From contig NC_058133.1 in NCBI RefSeq assembly GCF_016433145.1, forward strand, positions 123,493,208 through 123,557,207: a DNA stretch of 64,000 bases, read 5' to 3'. A program made the position numbers and the translations under genes. A model generated the notes under the pieces. That model worked only from the letters and a program-made list of their open reading frames with translations, was not told the DNA's origin and ran no database searches. The stretch comes from Gracilinanus agilis. Taxonomy: Eukaryota. Shown here in pieces: positions 49,492 through 61,920 of the stretch (the stretch's first letter is position 1; every line of letters begins with the position of its first letter).

Positions 49492-50580
49492 TCAATCAAT
49501 AAATATTTATTAAAAGTCTACTATGTTCCAAGCACTGTTCTAAGTGCTGAGAATAAAAAGAAAGGCAAATGACAATCTCTACTCTCAAGGAGGTCACAGT
49601 CTAATAAGGAAGACAACATGCAAACAACTATGCAAAATGAGCTGCATACAGGATAAATTGGAAATAACGGGAAAAAAAGCAATTAGAATTAAAGAGGGGG
49701 TCATGAACAGGTTCTTGTAGAAAGTGGAATTTTAGCTGAGACTAGAAGAAAAGAAGAGAACCAAAGAGACAGAGATGAGAAGAAAGGGAATTTCAGGCAT
49801 GAGGGATATCTAGCAAAAATGCCTAAAGTTGATCGATGGGATTTTCTTGTGTAAGGAAAAGCAAGGAGGCCGGTGTTACTGGACTGCAAAGTATTTGGAG
49901 GGGAATAAGGCATTAGAAGACTAGAAAGTTAGGAAGGGGCGAGAATAGGAAAGGCTTTAAAAGCCAAATATCCAAGAGGATATTATATTCAATCCTAAAG
50001 GCAAAACAGAATAGGAAACCACTAGAGTCTATTGAATGTTGGTCAAGGAAATGATATGGTCACTTTAGGAAAGATCATATTGACAGCTGAGTGGAGGATG
50101 GACTGGAGTGGGGAAGGAATTGTAGCAGAGACACCAGTTAGTAGATTATTGCATGAGGTGATAAGGGCCTACATGAGCTTACTGACAATATCAGAGAGAA
50201 GAAGGTATATATATTCCAGAGATGTGACAAAGGTAAAATTATAAGCCTTTGGCAAGAGATTTAATGGCATAGTGGATAGAGTGCCAAGCCTAGAGTCAGG
50301 AATATTGGACTTCAAATTCAACCTAAGATACTTACTAGGTGTGTGACCTTGGACAAGTCATTTAAATCTGTTTGTCTCAGTTTCTTCATCTGTAAAATGA
50401 ACTGGAGAAGAAAATAACAAACCAGTCCAATATCTTTGCCAAGAACATCCCAAATGGGATCACGAAGAGTCAGACACAACTGAAATAACTGCAACAAAAA
50501 GATATTTAACATGAGGGGTAAGAGTGAGGAGTTAAGGACAATACTCAGGTTGTAAGTCTGGGTAACTAGACTCCCCATGG
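49492..50580 (-). mobile_element. L2 3' fragment, antisense, interrupted by a SINE
   Basis: Begins tcaatcaataaatatttattaa and continues as antisense L2 body. Confidence 0.8.
50260..50500 (+). mobile_element. MAR1-like CORE-SINE inserted in L2
   Basis: Head, CORE and tail ending cacgaagagtcagacacaactgaa. Confidence 0.75.
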
Positions 50581-50802
50581 GAGACATCAAGTGGTCATAA
50601 AATCCTACCTACACAGTAGGTTATATGTGAGTAAAACAGTCACTGTGACTTTGACTAATTTCACTATATCTAAGAATTTGCCATGTGCCAGGTCAAAGCA
50701 AAGGAGAATTAGAATAAGCATTTGAAAGTCGTCTTGTTTCCAGAGGAGAAAAAGCAATATCTTTGAAGACATTTTGAACCCCTCAATTGAAAAGTCGACA
50801 TT

Positions 50803-51300
50803 TATAATATATTACATTTAAGATTTGCAAAGCACTTTACAAATATTACCTCATTATATCTTCACAACAGTCTAGGAGATAGGTAATATTTTTGTTGTTC
50901 AACTGTTTCAGTGTTGTCTGACTCTTTGGGAGGTTATTTGGGATTTTCTTGGCAAAGATACTAGAGTGGTTGGCCATTTCCTTCTCCAGATTATTTTACA
51001 GATGAGGAAACCGAGGCAAACAGAGTTAAATGACTTGGCCAGGGTCACACAGCTAGTAAGTGTTCCGGGACAGAATTGACTTTGGGAAAATCAGTCTTCC
51101 TGACTCTAGCCCTGGCACTACATCTACTGTTCCACCTAACTAGGTGATATTATATCTATTTTGCTACTGGAGAAACTGAGGAAGACAGCATTTGAGTGAC
51201 TTGACCAGGGTCAACTAGCTAGTAAATGTCCAATACCAGATTTGGACTTGGGTCTTCCTGATTGTAGGTCTGGGATTCTACCCATTGTGTCATCTAATTA
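50803..51300 (-). mobile_element. MIR-type SINE interrupted by a MAR1-like SINE (about 50891-51140)
   Basis: Direct repeats taggtaatatt (50880-50890) and taggtgatatt (51141-51151) flank the inner element. Confidence 0.7.
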
Positions 51301-52082
51301 CCTAATCCAGACGTCAAATAAAAAAATCACTGATAATAACAATAGATGAAATGATATCAAATTGGGGAAAATTGATACTTTAGACAAATATAACTAAACA
51401 AATGATGGAACAAAGAGCTGTAAAGCACTACATAAGAGCAAGATAAGAAAAACAAAGAAACTGGTGGAACTCAGACCTGAGGAGGAGCAGAAAGAAATAC
51501 AGTAAATTCTCTCCCAAAATTCTTCCGAAAAGAATTTTAAAATGTGCAAGAACAAATCCTAATTGGAGATTGAGGAAAGAGGAAAAAGAGGAAGAGGAAG
51601 AGAAATAGAGTCATTTGTCCATTCCAGATTAGCATAGAAAGAATGGTCAGGGAGCACTGGGGAAACATCTTGACCAGGAGCATTTTAAGTGCCTAGGGAA
51701 TGCACTCAAGAGCAAGATGAGGTCCAAGACCTATGCTAAGCTTGACTTTGTTCAGAGTGCAGGAAGAGGTACCAATTAGAAGTTCTATCACCCACTACTC
51801 AGCTCCAGGTAACAGATTCATAGGAGAGAGGAGAAGGAATTTACACCCAAAGGTGATGAGAGATCACAGGATCTAGCCTGTATCTGAGAAAGAAGGAAAT
51901 TTAGAAGCAAGCAGCAGCAGTGGGGCTCAGACCCCAGAGAGGAGCATGGTCTTTGTTGCAGCTTTCTAGCCAATGTGAAACCTGTAGAAGAATCCCAGAC
52001 CAAAAGAAAATCAACATACTGTCACTGAACTAGCAGTTTCTCAGCTGGCTGAGAGTAGTTGAGTCCAGCAGTTTTCTTGATT

Positions 52083-52265
52083 TTTTAAAAATCTTTTCCT
52101 TCTCTCTTAGTATTGTATTCAAAGCAGAAGAGCATTAAAGGCTATTTAATGGGGGTTTGATGACTTGACCAGTGTCACATAGTTAGGAAGTGTCTTAGGC
52201 CAAAATTGAACCCAAGACCTCCTATATCCAGGCCTGGTTCTAGTTACTGAGCCACCTAAAGACCC
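52083..52265 (-). mobile_element. Older SINE1-like CORE-SINE within an L1-derived block
   Basis: Diverged match to the reverse-strand SINE1 architecture. Confidence 0.65.
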
Positions 52266-52309
52266 AAACCCAGATGAGGAACTTGCCGAACTGGGGTTGG
52301 AAGGAAGGA

Positions 52310-52880
52310 GTGTTTAGAGCATTTTATGACTTTTTTTGAGGTAGCCAAAGAGTTAGAATCTGGGGGGATTTGCCAAAAGATTGAACAATTTATGGTATAA
52401 AAATGTGACCAAATACCATTGTGTAGTAAGAAATGATGTAAAGAATAGTTCTAGAAGAACCTGGGGACACTCCTGTAAACCAATAGGAATGAAGTGAACA
52501 GAACCAGGAGAATAATGTATACCAGGACTCTAACATTGTAGAGACAAATGACTTTGAAAGATTTTGGATCTCTGACCAGAATAATGACTAACCAAGATTC
52601 TGAAGGGCAAATACTAAATCATGCTACACACCTCTGGATAGAGAGGTGACTCAGTGCAAAATGAGATATTTACATAAACACACATTTATATTTTTTCTAC
52701 TAGATACAATGTGCTTTTTTTTTTTTTTTTGCTTGATTATGTTTGGAGCAAAAGTTTTGTTTTGCTTTCATTCTCAATTGACAAGGATGGTCGGAGGGAG
52801 GACAGATTTTTGCTATTAAAAAATTAGCAAGGCAGATTTTTGCTATTAAAAATATATAATTTAAAAAATAAAAATACATC
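52310..52880 (+). mobile_element. L1 ORF2 end and 3'UTR fragment
   Basis: ttttgaggtagccaaagag...aataccattgtgtagtaagaaatgatg...gaagtgaacagaaccaggagaa. Confidence 0.7.
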
Positions 52881-52975
52881 AAGATACAGAGAAAGGAAAA
52901 TTAAGACAGCATTTCCAGATACCATATGTTTCATTCAAAAAATACTTGCCTTCTTAAATAAGTGATATATATATA

Positions 52976-53153
52976 TTTTTAAACCCTTAACTTCTGTGTA
53001 TTGGTTCCTAGGTGGAAGAGTGGTAAGGGTGGGCAATGGGCATCAAGTGACTTGCCCAGGGTCACACAGCTGGGAAGTGTCTGAGGCCAGATTTGAACTT
53101 GGGACCTCCTGTATTTAGGCCTTACTCTCAATCCACTGAGCTACCCAGCTGCC
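52976..53153 (-). mobile_element. SINE1_Mdo-like CORE-SINE, short-tail variant
   Basis: Full length. TSD ataagtgatat at 52958-52968 and 53158-53168. Confidence 0.88.
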
Positions 53154-53499
53154 ACTGATAAGTGATATTTTATGGGAGTGGAGAGATAGAAATTTGGTCT
53201 GAACCCATGACTTAATTAATTAATGGGAGAAAATCATTTTGGAAGTTCCCTCCATCAATGCAGATCAAGAACTCCTTCTCCCTATATCTCAGTATTAAAT
53301 ATGTCACTAAAAAGATTACGTAATTTTTTCATAGTCTGCAACACTCCCAAATTTTGTCAAACCAGGTTAAAATGCAAATGAATAAATTTAACAAAATAAA
53401 ATAAAAAATTTAAATTGAGAACTATTTGACAAAATAAAATTTTAAATTGAGAAATAGTTAAAATAAATATCGACACGGTTCAGTAATTTATCAATCATG

Positions 53500-53722
53500 T
53501 CTAATTTTTCAGGACCCCATTTAGGTTTTTTTTCTAAAAAAATATTAAAGTAGTTTGGCATTTTGCCAGCTTATTTTATAGATGAGGAAAGTGAGACAAA
53601 TAGGGGTAAGCAACTTGCCTAGCTCACACAGCTAAGAAGTATCTGAGGGAATATTTGAATTCAGAAGGTGAGTCCTCCTGACTCTGGGCATGTCACTCTA
53701 TCCACTGCACCATCTAGCTGCC
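53500..53722 (-). mobile_element. MAR1-like CORE-SINE
   Basis: Reverse-strand tail, CORE and head ending ctagctgcc. Confidence 0.7.
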
Positions 53723-56700
53723 ACTAAATTACAATAGGACATAGATAATATTAACATGTAGTTTTCTAACTCAAAATATGACCTTCAAGAATCCTTATGT
53801 GGCTTCCTTTTTGCTGCCTCTTTTATGAATATAAATGGATCTTTCTTTCATGCTGAAATATATTTCATCTTAATTCAATTCAAAATATTTATTTAAGTGC
53901 CTGCTATGTTCTGGGTACTGTGCTAAGCTAAGAAGACTTTGGGAAGATTTTAATACTCCAACTGCCAACCCTCCAAGTAAAGAGGAGAGAAAACTGAGGA
54001 TGAACTGAGGAAATGAGTACCACCTGATCAACCAAGTCAAAACTGAGTCAAATTGTATGGTGATGAGATTTTAGGTGATCAGCTTATGAGGGAGAGGAAG
54101 GAGGCAGGAGGACTCTATATATGCATTGTTTCTTCCCCATATTAATCATAACAGCTAGATATGTGATCCCTTAAGGTTTTGTAAAGCACTTTACAAATAA
54201 TATTTCATTGGATCCTCAGTTGTCTTCAAAGGAAGACTATTATTATCCCCATTTTACAGCTGAGGAAACTGAGGCAGGCAAAGGTTAAGTGATTTGTTCA
54301 GAGACACAAAGCTGGAAAGTTTTTGAGACCAATTTTGAATTCAATTCTTCCTGACTCAAGGCCCAGTACTAGAGCCACTGCATCACCCAGCTGCTTTGCT
54401 GTTCTCTCCCAAACACACTTGTTGATAAACAGATATTAGGATTTCTCCTTGCTTTATATTATGAAATCCCAAGCTGATAGGTGCCTACTGAAGCAAAGCA
54501 GAGAACAGAAGAAGCTATAGTCTATTAAGGGGATTTGGTATTCTTTCAATCACCACAAGGGACTTTTGATTCTTGAGGGTACCCTGGCAAGCAACTTCCC
54601 TCAAATTCATTTATATTGTGTATATCTATACAATTTGAGATAGACTTCAAACCCATCTATTCCGCAGAGTGAATTCAGATGGCATCAAGTAGATTTCAGT
54701 GTTTTACTGTTGTTATTTAAGCAATACCCTCCCATTATTTAATTTTTTTTAACTTTTCATTTAAAAACTCATTGTAGCAATTTGTCACCATTTATCCATT
54801 ATTTCCTCAATTGATGATGTTTTTTAAAGACTAGTGTGACTAAAATTGTTTCCTTTTTCAATAAATTGAACTGGATTTACTGTAATGGGACAGTGAAGGG
54901 GAATTCAAAGAGGGGCAGGTTTAAAAGCATAGAAAACCAAAATTTCCATCCTCCAAGGATTTTTAACCCAGACGAGAAAAATCAGTGAATATTCTGAAAT
55001 GTTATCAATATACTTGGTTACAGGCATTCTCACTCCTGATGGTCATAATAACAAGAATGTTGGGAAAGAGAGTATGGGTTAGAAGCAATTAGATGTACTT
55101 AAAAAGAGAAAGGATATAGGTTCAAATAACACAAAAAGGCCAAGAAAGAGAAAGCCCGGGGCATAGAAATTAGTCTTACCTAAGCAGAGGAGAATAAGAG
55201 ATAAACAAGAGCAATTATGATAGGACTACAGGATAAGGGATTTTGTAACTGATGCAATACTTTGAATCTGATTCAGAGGAATCCAGGTACAATAAGATCT
55301 CAGTTAATAAAAACTACAAATGTGAAAATGCATTGGGAGGGAAAAGGGAAAATGCTGGTAAAAAAACATTTTTTTTTCATTTCTAATAGACCCCCTGTTC
55401 CAAAAAATAAAATAGAAACTGTCCTAGACTTTTTGTAGTAATTTATTGCCCAAATGTGGAATCTGCTGCCTTACAAAGTAGTTAGATTCTCATTACAGAG
55501 GCATTCAAGCAGAGACTAAATTACTGTCTGGAGAGAGACACCATGATTTGAAGGAAAGAACACTGGACTTGGAATTCCACAATGTGAAGTCAAGTTCCAT
55601 TTCTTCCTTTTACTAGCTTTGTTGAGAAGTCAGAGCTTCTCTGAGTTTCAGAATCCTTATCATTAAAATTAGGTTAATAATTTATTATCCACTTTTCAAT
55701 GTAATTTCAGGAAAAACTGCTTTGTAAGCAACAAAGTACTATATTATAGTTGTTGCAATAAAAATTAATAACAATAATGATGATGATGATAAAATGTATT
55801 CTTGAGCCTTAGTTATACAAAATAAGAAACAAAATGACTTATTCAAAGCCAAAAAGATCTTAATCTTTGGAAATCTTTACTTAGCACAAACTACAGAAAT
55901 TATGTCTGATAATAAGTAGGTGGGGAAAAATAACACCAATATTTTAGATATTATTTTTACAGGAGACAAGCAGACTTGGAATGGAATTCCAAAAAACCCT
56001 TTCTGAATAGCAGTGTAAGGCCATCTAGCAAGCCAATTATAATAACATAGTGATTTTTCAAAAGGTTTTGCCTATCACAAATAAAAACATTTTCTCACAG
56101 TATTTGACAGAAATTTTTAAATTATTGTAGGAACCTAACAGAGTGTCATTTTCAGAAGCCTGTGTCATGGTAAAAATTAAAGGAAAGGGAAAGGTTTTAA
56201 AGAAAGACTCTAAGGAAAAGTACCTAATACTGTCATGACAGAGGCAACTTGAGAAAGCTAATAGAGATCTGTGCCACGGTATTGGAAAATTATGTGAATA
56301 AAGCACTTGAACACTATATTGCTTAATGAAAGATAACAACAACAACAAAAATATATGCAAAAAAGAACATGACTGACAATGTAGATATATTCAATCACCA
56401 AGTGATAACAAAAGCCAAAAGGTTAAGGTGATACAGGGCTCAAAGTATCATACATAACAAAATAATCTGCTAGGTGTGAGGTCAGACATAAACCTGATTC
56501 CTTATTTCTTAACAGAAGGCATCAAATATTTTTTTCTAAAATATGGGATCACCAATGACCTTTTCAAACATGAACCAATTAAGTGTGGATATTCTTATGT
56601 AAAATATTTGCAGCTTATATTACTAAAAAACAAATCTATAAAACACTCATAAGAAGACCATATATAATTGGCTTGGGAACGAAAAGTACATGCCACAAAA

Positions 56701-57054
56701 TCCCAAGCATGTAAAGAACTTATTATCAATATGGTTATTATTTAAGAAGTTGCCCCATAGAGTCATAACATTTATAATGCCATTGTTGATTACTGAAAAA
56801 TCTTTGACTCAGTTCCACACTCATGGCTCCTTCTTATATTATAAATATAATCTATTATTGTCCAATTCATTATTGCCTTTTCTAAATTGTATCTATAATT
56901 AAAAACAGAGTAAATCCAAAATATGGTATTCATTGCCTAACATTTTTATATTATGCCAAGCTATATGCTTCTACCATAAAGTACATTAACAATTCCTTAA
57001 TCTTATAGGATATTTCTCCAATGACATCAAAATATCATTTGTACTGAATAAGTA

Positions 57055-57335
57055 CAATAGGGGCTCCCCTTTATGCATGGTTTCACTTTCCAAAGTTTGA
57101 GTTATCCTTCCCATGATCAACCCAGAGCATCAGAAGTGTCTCTTCTGCTTCCACTTTCAGAATTTTAGGGGTTTTGATCAGGAGGTAGAGGGATGGATGC
57201 TGCTGTGGAGTGCCAGGCTGAGGGGCAGGAGAGGGGAAAAAAGAGCACATATATATGATGAAGAGCATGTCTTTGCTTATATCCTCAGTTTTAGTCATCT
57301 AAGGTAGATCTTTCACTGATATGGGAGTCCTACTA
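57055..57335. mobile_element. Degenerate Tigger/MER44-like (Tc1/mariner) MITE
   Basis: Left end caataggggctcccctttatgcatggtttcactttcc resembles the recalled Tigger TIR cagtagtccccccttatccgcggtttc. Right end gatatgggagtcctacta resembles its reverse complement. TA on both sides. Confidence 0.6.
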
Positions 57336-58221
57336 TATACATTTTTAATATGTGTCAAGGGAAGGTTATAGCTGAAGGCTTAAGAAATGAATCCCAACAT
57401 CATTCATCTAATGGATAAAATTAATAATTACAAATGTTTTGGTCTTCCGAGACAAGGCAAATTGAGATTAACAAGCATGCAAAAAATCAAAGCTAAATGA
57501 AACATATTTAAAACAATTAATAGCTTTGATTTCAGCATGCTAGACAGTTTCTAACCATTTTCAGCCCCAGTTTTGTCTTTGATATCTTTGTGTTAGAAAA
57601 TCCTTAGCCTCTGAACTAAGCCAATCAAATGGCAAAGGTCCAAAAGAAGAATAAAACATCCATATGAAACCAGCCAACACAGAGTCTATAAAAAAGAATC
57701 AAATAAATGACTGAGTCATGTGAATCTGAGGAAATAGGAGGATCAGGTCAAGACCACCAGAAATTACAGAAGGGATTATATACTTAAAAAATCTAGACTT
57801 ACTGATCAATGTTAGTTGTACAAGTGAAGGATAGAAATTGTATAGTTTGAAAAGTTCTCAGGGCCTTCAAAATACCTAGAAAGTCATGACCTGGTTGTTA
57901 CAATTAAAAGTTAAAAATTTTCTCTTTCACTGACTTTAGTTGTCCCTCAAGGCTATGCCCTAAACCTTGTTGTCTTCTCCCTGTTTACTATCTAGTTAAT
58001 AAATCTCATCAGGTCACGTGTATTCAATTATCATTACTATCCAGATAATTCTCAGCTGTGCTTATAGGTCTACTCATTTTGTAACCTCTAGACTCACCTT
58101 TCCAGTTGCCCAATTGACATCTCAAATTAGATCTCCAATTAATATCTTAAACTCAAGTCCAAAATGGAATTCATTATCTTTCTCCCAAAACTCTCCTTTC
58201 TTCCAAACTTCCCTATTACTG

Positions 58222-58408
58222 TCTTTTGAACCCTTACCTTCTATCTTAGTATCAATTCTAAGACAAAAGAGCAGTAAGGGCTAGGCATTGGGGTTAAGTA
58301 ACTCACCAAGGATCACACAGGTAGGAAATGTCTGAGGCTACTTTTAAATACGGGTCCTCTTGGCTCCAGGTCTTATACTCTATCCACTGTACTATCTAAC
58401 TGCCACTT
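58222..58408 (-). mobile_element. SINE1-like CORE-SINE at an L2/L1 junction
   Basis: aacccttaccttctatcttagtatcaattc...aactgcc. Confidence 0.75.
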
Positions 58409-58419
58409 CTGAAGTACTT

Positions 58420-60170
58420 CAAAAAATTACCAGATATAAAGCAAATGCAAAAGTCATTAGCTTTTTTGCATAATACCAACAAAACACACCAACAAGTAAT
58501 AGAAATAGAATGACATTTAAAATAACTGACAAAGGTATCAAATACTGTCAATATTATAAATTAATTTACTTAGTGCCATACCAAACTACCAAAGAATTAT
58601 TTTGCAAAACTATGGAAAATAAAACAAAAGAAAAAAAGGATAAGAATATTGAGAGGAAAAGTGGAAAAAGTGGGAAGGAAGAGGGACTTTCAGTACCAGA
58701 CTTTAAACTATAACAACAAAGTAGTGATTTTTAAAACAATTTGATATTGTATTTAAAAAAATAAAAAGGTCAGTGGGACAGATCAGATGCAATACATAGG
58801 ATAATGAAGCCAATGGGCATGATAATCTAGTTTTTGATAAACTCAAAGACCACAACTACTAGGTTAAGGATTCACTATTTGACATTAATTGCTGGGAAAA
58901 ATTGGATAGCAGTTTGGTAGAAATTGGTGGACCAATACCTCACACCAATGAAAATCTCCAAATAGATATATGGCCTAGATATAAGAGGATATCTCATAAA
59001 CAACTTAGGAACAAGGAAGAAATTACTTTTCAAATATATGTAAAGAGGAAGTATTCACAACCAAAAGAAAAATCAGATACCAAAAGGTAAAATGGACAAT
59101 TTTATATAAAATTTAAAATGTTTTGCACAAAAAAATCCAATATAGCTAAAATTATAAGAAAAAAACAAATTGTTAGTGGTGGCATGGGTGATCTTAGCAG
59201 CAAGTTTCTAAAATGATAAAGATTTCACTAATGATATAAAAAGAACTGATTCACATTTTTTGGAGGGGCCCTGTACCCTAATTAATAAATGTTACAAGCA
59301 AATATGCAAGCAATTCAAAAAGGTAGAAACTTAAAATCTCTATAACATAAAAAAAGCTCCAAATCATTAATAACTAGAGAAATACAAATTATAGCCCTGA
59401 GGTTCTACTTCACACCTATAATATGGACAAAATTGACCCAAAAAAGGAAGAACAAATGTAGAAGGGACTGAAAGGAAATGGGCATATTGATGTATGGTTG
59501 AAGGAGTTGTAAATTAGTCTAGACATATGAAAAAGTAATTTGGAATTATGTCCCAAAAACTACCAAAATGAACAGGCCCTATGATCCTCCAATACCATTA
59601 CTAGGCCCATATCTAAAGAGATCAAAGAATGATGAAAAGGTCTTATATGTTCAAAACTATTTAGAGCAGTTTTTCTATGTCTGCAAAGAACTTGAATTAA
59701 AGGGTATCATCAATTGGGGAACAAATTAAGGTATATTAATATAATGTAGCACTGTTGTGCTTTAAGAAATGAAAAAGAATTCAGAAACCTGAATTCAGGA
59801 AGATTTGTATGAATTAAGAGACTGAAAGGATCAGAACCAATCAGACAATGGACATTATTACATAATTGTGTTTTTTTAAAAAAAGACCAATTCTGAAAGA
59901 CATGCAAAATCTTATGGACACAATAATCAGCCATAATTCCCGAGGACTAACAAAAAAATGCAGCCTGACTCATGACAGGGAGATGATGGACTAATATGCA
60001 GAATGGAAACATTTCTGAGTATGGCTAATAGAGGAATTTGTTTTGATTGGATATGAATAGATAATACTTTTTTTCTTTTTCTATTTTCCTAGGTGTTGGG
60101 GTGGGGAGACACTTGAGAGCTGAAAATATATATAATTTATTTGCAAGTGTAATAATAAAATAAACTTAAG
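58420..60170 (+). mobile_element. L1 ORF2 3' half and 3'UTR, degenerate
   Basis: Recognisable ORF2 remnants (cagtaccagactttaaacta; ctgggaaaaattggatagc; aataccattactaggc) and an A-rich end. No intact ORF. Confidence 0.8.
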
Positions 60171-60189
60171 AAAAGTGGGAACTGTTTTA

Positions 60190-61290
60190 CTTTTACTTTA
60201 TATTCCCAGTAATTAGCACAATATATATAATAGATGCTAGAAGGAGAGGTGAGTTTTGAGGGGAACATCATGAGAGAAGATCATATAGTATGACCAGTGT
60301 TCACTCAATATCTCTTTAAAGACCCCTACCATGTTGAGTAGAAGAACCCATATAAAGGATTTATGAAAAATATATGGATAAGAGGTAAACAAGAAAAAAG
60401 GCATATCAGACAAAACATGCAATATATACATGTGTGTATACTTATACACACCTATATAAAAATATATGTGGCAAGATATAAATAGAAGATAACCACAGAG
60501 TGAAGGAAATAGTAGAGAAGAGGACCAGGAATGGCCTCCTGCAAAAGATGGGATTTGAGCTTGAGAAAGCCAATAGAAGGAGTCAACGAGGGTTGAACAA
60601 TCAAGATATACAAGATAGTGAAAAGATAGAGTCAGGATATGGAGAGTCATGTGAAAAGAACAAGACAGGTGTCAATGGAGTGTATAGTACATAGAAAATA
60701 AAATGTTCAAGAAGCCTGGAAAGTAAGAAAAAGCCAAATTGCAATGGGTAGAGAATTTTTGATTTGATCTTTTAGGTAATAGGAAGCCACTGCAATTTAC
60801 ACAGGAAAGGGTGATATTGCCGGATATGTACTTTAGGAAAAGCATTTTGGCAGCTGAGGGGAAACTTATTTGGAAGTTGGAAGAGACTTGAAGCAGAGAG
60901 ACCAACCAGAAGTCTATTGCAATAGTACAGGCATGAGATGATAATGATTTGCACTAGAGTGGTAGCTATGTGAATGGAAAGAGGACCTATATCAGAGTTG
61001 TTGAAAAGATAGAAACTATAAGACCTGAGAACACATTTGGATATGTAGGGTGAATACAAGTAAAGAGTCAAGGATGACACTGCAGTTGAAAGCTTGGGCA
61101 CTGGGAAGAAGATAATGACTTCAACGGTAACATGAAGTTTTGAAAGGGGAGAGTTTTCAGGGGAAAAGTGATGAGTTCTATTTTTAATAATGTTGAGCTT
61201 AAGGAGTCTATGACATACAGCTGAAGATGTCAAAAAGGCAGTTGGAGATATGGGAATGGAGCTCAGGAGAGAGATTAGGACTGGATCAAA
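60190..61290 (-). mobile_element. L2 ORF2/3' fragment
   Basis: ORF 60772-61302(-) contains LLKLNI and LVQIIIISCLYYCNRLLVGL, matching recalled L2 ORF2 HLKLNM and LVQALIISRLDYCNSLL. Confidence 0.8.
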
Positions 61291-61619
61291 GTATGCCTGC
61301 ATTCAGAGGGAGGGTGAACTAGGTGACCTCTAAGATACTTTCCAATTCTCAGATGCTAAGACCTTTTTTTTTAAGAATGCAAAATATAATTATTTTTGTA
61401 TTCAAAATGGAAAACAATACCATCATAATTAAATACCATCTATTTTACAATTCTAGAATTTAGAAAAAGCATATAATTTATTGGAACATGCTTAGTATAG
61501 TAACCTGCAAAGGAACAAAAGTAAAATGAGTGGGACTGAATTATAGTGGAAAGGAAAAAAAGAAGCCCTATGTATGGAACAATTCAGTTAATCACAGTTT
61601 AAAAATATTTTATATGAGC

Positions 61620-61920
61620 TTGGATCTGAATACTGACAGCTGGATTGAGAACTGGCCACAGACAGTGATAAATGACCATTTATTCAGTGAAGAGGATGAA
61701 TCAAGGGATAGGTCAAATTTTATTTAAGATTTTCATTAATGATCTGCAAAGGGGAATAAACAGTCATTTAATGAAATTTGCAGATGATACTAAATCAGAA
61801 GGTGTTGCAAAAGTCACTGAGAAGCAACATAAAAGAAAATTCAAGAGGTTAGATATTGGCCAGGAACTTAGAAATGAGATTCAATTGAGACAAATGAAAG
61901 GTCATTCAGAACTTGCATTT
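61620..61920 (+). mobile_element. CR1/L3 LINE reverse-transcriptase fragment
   Basis: ORF 61672-61923 contains ILFKIFINDLQRGINSHLMKFADDTK, matching CR1 RT LFNIFINDL...KFADDTKL. Confidence 0.85.

Noticed and set aside
60237-61302. 137 aa and 176 aa minus-strand ORFs
   Set aside because: Degenerate L2 ORF2/3' sequence, not host genes.
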